DNA of 64,000 nt from an uncultured Gemmatimonadaceae bacterium (GTDB lineage Bacteria; Gemmatimonadota; Gemmatimonadetes; Gemmatimonadales; Gemmatimonadaceae): the NCBI GenBank assembly GCA_964438255.1, contig CAYTKA010000010.1:787-64786 (forward strand), given 5' to 3'. Both the position numbers and the translations under genes were made by a program. The notes below the pieces were generated by a model that was not told where the DNA came from, made no database searches, and saw only the letters and a program-made list of their open reading frames with translations. The number at the start of each line of letters is the position of its first letter. Within the stretch, counting starts at the first letter, position 1. This document shows, one piece after another, positions 61,120 to 64,000 of this stretch.

Positions 61120-62318
61120 CGTCCCTCACCGCCGCACCGCCCGCCGCCCTTCGCTCGCGCGCTCGCGCCGAGCCGCCGCTCATCGCCCCGCACGGCGGCA
61201 TCCTCGTCGATCGCGTGCTCGACACCGCCGCCGCTGCGGAGATGCGCGAGCGGGCGGACCGCTGGCCGTCGGTCATACTCTCGCCCGCCGCGGCGTCCGA
61301 TCTCGAGATGATCGCCACCGGCGCCCTCAGCCCGCTCACCGGCTTCCTCGACAGGCCGGACTACGCGTCCGTGCTCGACGAGCTGCGGCTCGCGAACGGG
61401 CTGCCGTGGACGATCCCCGTCACGCTTCGCGTGGACGCCGTGCCCGCCGCCGACCGCGTCGCGCTGCGAGACGCCGACGGCAAGCTCCTCGGCGTGCTCG
61501 AGCTCCGCAACGCGTATCCCGCCGATCGCGAGCGCGAGGCGCGCCTGGTGTACGGTACGACCGACCCGGCGCATCCCGGCGTGCAGCGGCTGCTCGCCGC
61601 CGGCGCGTACGCGCTGGCGGGGGACGTGTGGCTCGTGCGCGCACGACCGGCGGCGTTCCCCGCCCTCGCACTCACGCCGCGCGAAACGCGCCGCGCCTTC
61701 GCCGAACGCGGCTGGCGCACCATCGTCGGCTTCCAGACGCGCAACCCCGTGCACCGCGCGCACGAGTACATCCAGAAGGCGGCGCTCGAGACGGTGGACG
61801 GGTTGCTGCTGCATCCTCTCGTCGGCGAGACGAAGGGGGACGACGTGCCCGCCGCCGTCCGCGTGCGCAGCTACGAGGTGCTGCTCGAGCACTATTATCC
61901 GGGCGATCGCGTGCTGCTCGCCGCGTTCCCCGCTGCGATGCGCTACGCCGGCCCGCGCGAGGCCGTCTTCCACGCCATCGCGCGCCGGAACTACGGGTGC
62001 ACGCACTTCATCGTCGGGCGCGACCACGCCGGCGTGGGCGCGTACTACGGCACCTACGACGCGCAGCGCATCTTCGACCGGTTCGACCCCGCCGAGCTGG
62101 GAATCCAGCCGGTGCGCTTCGACCACACCTTCTGGTGCCGCGCCTGCGGCGGCATGGCGTCGGCCAAGACGTGCCCGCATCGCGACGAGGCGCACGTCAC
62201 CCTCTCGGGCACGAGGGTGCGCGAGCTGCTGCGCGCGGGCGTGCTGCCACCGCCGGAGTTCAGCCGCCCCGAGGTCGCGCGCGTGCTCGTGGCCGGACTG
62301 CGGGAGCGTGTCGCATGA
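61116..62318 (+). CDS. sat: Sulfate adenylyltransferase (ATP sulfurylase, monomeric Sat type)
   Basis: ATG 61116 (ATGA overlap). [13 protein letters not shown] and [11 protein letters not shown]. Confidence 0.9.
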   Translation: MTSLTAAPPAALRSRARAEPPLIAPHGGILVDRVLDTAAAAEMRERADRWPSVILSPAAASDLEMIATGALSPLTGFLDRPDYASVLDELRLANGLPWTIPVTLRVDAVPAADRVALRDADGKLLGVLELRNAYPADREREARLVYGTTDPAHPGVQRLLAAGAYALAGDVWLVRARPAAFPALALTPRETRRAFAERGWRTIVGFQTRNPVHRAHEYIQKAALETVDGLLLHPLVGETKGDDVPAAVRVRSYEVLLEHYYPGDRVLLAAFPAAMRYAGPREAVFHAIARRNYGCTHFIVGRDHAGVGAYYGTYDAQRIFDRFDPAELGIQPVRFDHTFWCRACGGMASAKTCPHRDEAHVTLSGTRVRELLRAGVLPPPEFSRPEVARVLVAGLRERVA

Positions 62319-64000
62319 GCGCCGAGCCCACCGCCACCACCACGACGGCGTCGAGTACCGCCGACGTGTCCGCGCCGCCCGCCCCGTCCGTGAAGGAAAC
62401 CGCCGCGCAGCGCGTCGAGCGGATCAAGCGCGAGCGCGCGCCATGGTCCATCATGGACGACATTCGCCGCTACGCGCGCGAGGGGTTCGCATCCATTCCC
62501 AGCGACGACCTCACCGTGCGCTTTCGCGCCTGGGGGCTGTACACCCAGGGCGACGGAGGCGGCACGCGTGGCGAGGAGATGCCGTTCTTCATGATGCGCG
62601 TTCGGACGCCGAACGGCGTGCTGACCTCGGAAATGGTCCGCACGATCGCCGACCTCTCCGACCGGTACGCGCGGAGCAGCATCGACATCACCAACCGGCA
62701 GAACTTCCAGCTCCACTGGCTGCGCATCGAGGACATCCCGGCGGTGTGGGACGCGCTCGCGGGCGTCGGCTGGGGAAGCCAGGGTGCGTGCGGCGACAAC
62801 ACCCGCACCGTCACCGGCTGTCCGCTCGCCGGCGTGGACCACGAGGCGCTGATCGACGCCTCGCCGATCGCCATCGCCGTGGACCGATTTCTCAACGGCA
62901 ATCCCGACTTCGCCAACCTGCCGCGCAAGTTCAAGATCACGATCACCGGGTGCGCGCACTGGTGCACCTATCCCGAGATCAACGACATCGGCGTCACCGC
63001 AGTCCGCCGCGACGACGGCGTCGTCGGGTTCCACGTGCGGGTCGGCGGCGGGCTCTCCACGCGGCCGCATCTCGCGCGGCTGCTGCCCGCCTTCGTGCTG
63101 CCAGCACAGGTGCCGGCGGTCGTCACGGCGATCGCGGCGATCTTCCGCGACTCCGACGAGCTGCGCGTCAACCGCGCGAAGGCGCGGATGAAGTTCCTTT
63201 TCATCAATCACGGCGCCACGCCGGAGTCGTTCCTCGCCGAGGTGGAGCGGCGCATCGGCTACCGCCTGGCACCTGCGGCGCCGGAGACGCCGCCCGAAGG
63301 ACCGTACCGCGACCACATCGGGGCGCACCCGCAGCGGCAGCCCGGATTGCACTATGTCGGGTTCTCCGTTGTCTCGGGACGCATCACGCCGGAGCAGTTG
63401 CGCCGCACAGCGGCGCTCGCCGAGCGCTACGGCGACGGCACGATGCGCCTCTCGGCGATGCAGAACCTCCTCGTGCTCAACGTGCCCGACGCGCAGGTGC
63501 CGGCGCTCCTCGCCGATGCCGAGCTCGCGGGGCTCTCGTTCGGCGCGTCGCCGTTCCAGCGCGGCACGGCCTCGTGCACCGGCCGCGAGTACTGCAAGCT
63601 GGCGATCACGGAGACGAAGGCGTTCAGCATCCGGCTCGCGCGCGAGCTCGAGGAGCGGCTGCCCGGCTTCGGGGAGGCGATCAAGCTGCACGTCACCGGG
63701 TGCCCCAACGCCTGCGGCCAGCACTGGATCGCCGACGTCGGGCTCCAGGGCGTGCTGCTCGACCGCGACGGCGCGCAGGTCGAGGGGTTCGACGTCTTCG
63801 TCGGCGGCGGGCTGGGCGCGCACGGCGGTTTCGCACGGCGCATCGGCTTCCGCGCGCCGGCGGACGATGTCCCGGACGTGCTCGAGCGGCTGTTCGAGCG
63901 CTTCGTCGCCTCGCGCGCGCCGGATGAGATCTTCCGCGCATGGGCGGCGCGCGTCGGCGACGCGGCGGTCAAGGGGATCCTCGCCGAGGGTGCTGCGCGG
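62315..64000 (+). CDS. sir: Ferredoxin-dependent sulfite reductase (NirA/Sir family); 3' end beyond the right edge
   Basis: Not in the ORF track (no stop in the window). My translation from ATG 62315 (ATGA overlap with sat) gives [10 protein letters not shown]...[15 protein letters not shown]...[15 protein letters not shown]...[11 protein letters not shown]...[14 protein letters not shown] and later [18 protein letters not shown], in the same frame. Confidence 0.85.
   Translation, partial: MSAEPTATTTTASSTADVSAPPAPSVKETAAQRVERIKRERAPWSIMDDIRRYAREGFASIPSDDLTVRFRAWGLYTQGDGGGTRGEEMPFFMMRVRTPNGVLTSEMVRTIADLSDRYARSSIDITNRQNFQLHWLRIEDIPAVWDALAGVGWGSQGACGDNTRTVTGCPLAGVDHEALIDASPIAIAVDRFLNGNPDFANLPRKFKITITGCAHWCTYPEINDIGVTAVRRDDGVVGFHVRVGGGLSTRPHLARLLPAFVLPAQVPAVVTAIAAIFRDSDELRVNRAKARMKFLFINHGATPESFLAEVERRIGYRLAPAAPETPPEGPYRDHIGAHPQRQPGLHYVGFSVVSGRITPEQLRRTAALAERYGDGTMRLSAMQNLLVLNVPDAQVPALLADAELAGLSFGASPFQRGTASCTGREYCKLAITETKAFSIRLARELEERLPGFGEAIKLHVTGCPNACGQHWIADVGLQGVLLDRDGAQVEGFDVFVGGGLGAHGGFARRIGFRAPADDVPDVLERLFERFVASRAPDEIFRAWAARVGDAAVKGILAEGAAR

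Noticed and set aside
62308-63927. A 539-aa plus-strand ORF offered by the track after sat.
   Set aside because: It is in the wrong frame, giving His/Arg-rich nonsense. The frame starting at ATG 62315 gives an unmistakable ferredoxin-sulfite reductase and remains open to the window edge, which is why the track omits it.
1-64000. A search for mobile elements, prophage, toxin-antitoxin or defence islands, tRNA/rRNA genes and CRISPR arrays across the whole window.
   Set aside because: I recognised no integrase, transposase, recombinase, phage structural gene, restriction-modification gene, cas gene or nuclease-NTPase defence-like gene. No cloverleaf-like tRNA sequence was seen in any intergenic gap. 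Apart from a few intergenic spacers, base composition looks uniform and coding density is that of core chromosome.

Overview
This is a very GC-rich bacterial chromosomal window with strong GC3 bias. Every real gene casts long Arg/Ala/Gly-rich shadow ORFs on the opposite strand, so the six-frame track over-calls heavily. I support about 57 protein-coding genes. They are tightly packed, and many are joined by 4-nt ATGA/GTGA start-stop overlaps. I recognised no rRNA, tRNA, CRISPR array, transposase, integrase or phage gene. The window reads as core chromosome of a diderm, since Omp85 and TamB are present. A Gemmatimonadota-like or similar high-GC lineage is plausible, but that is inference only.

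Gene order, left to right:
- 1-11.9 kb, minus strand: hybrid histidine kinase (runs off the left edge, missing from the ORF track), DAG-kinase-family lipid kinase, TamB, Omp85 and a small membrane protein.
- 12-14.9 kb: orphan peptide-type ABC binding protein plus one permease plus MazG.
- 14.9-19.9 kb: TrxR-type FNR, PduO-type adenosyltransferase, aroB, a 3D-domain protein and a sigma-70 factor.
- 20-24.5 kb: a 1191-aa GH18-like/CE4 deacetylase/GT2 synthase fusion followed by a second lipid kinase.
- 24.5-31.3 kb: glcDEF, a degenerate HAD, YgfZ-like protein and an SDR epimerase.
- 31.4-36.3 kb: molybdopterin oxidoreductase, then an operon of lipoprotein, NRAMP and two PRC-barrel proteins.
- 36.5-42.8 kb: ChlI-like AAA+ ATPase and a vWA protein, separated by GNAT, cytidylate-kinase-like and MFS genes, followed by a Ser/Thr dehydratase.
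- 42.9-50.5 kb: crcB with DUF190, NicO-like transporter, short MutY-like glycosylase, gltA, EVE, YggT/YggU, short ArgA-like GNAT and a GH6 cellulase.
- 50.7-64 kb: metH, a YitJ-like Hcy-methyltransferase/MTHFR fusion, then a sulfur-assimilation operon of rhodanese, GHMP kinase, cysC, cysH, TauE-like permease, sat and sir (sir runs off the right edge, also missing from the ORF track).

The most interesting signals are non-coding:
1. Two copies of one unclassified ~60-nt leader motif. Each follows a TTG...-N17-TA...-type promoter and ends in an intrinsic terminator. One copy precedes metH and the other precedes the sulfur operon. This is a candidate Met/SAM-family riboswitch that I could not assign to a known class.
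2. A Cys-rich short ORF (5 Cys in 12 codons, 4 of them the rare TGT codon) followed by a second strong terminator, lying immediately after the second motif copy. This suggests a tandem riboswitch plus Cys leader-peptide attenuator.
3. A ~275-nt imperfect palindrome with a perfect 19-bp core between metH and the yitJ-like gene.
4. A 10-unit octanucleotide tandem repeat that exactly fills the gap between two convergent stop codons.
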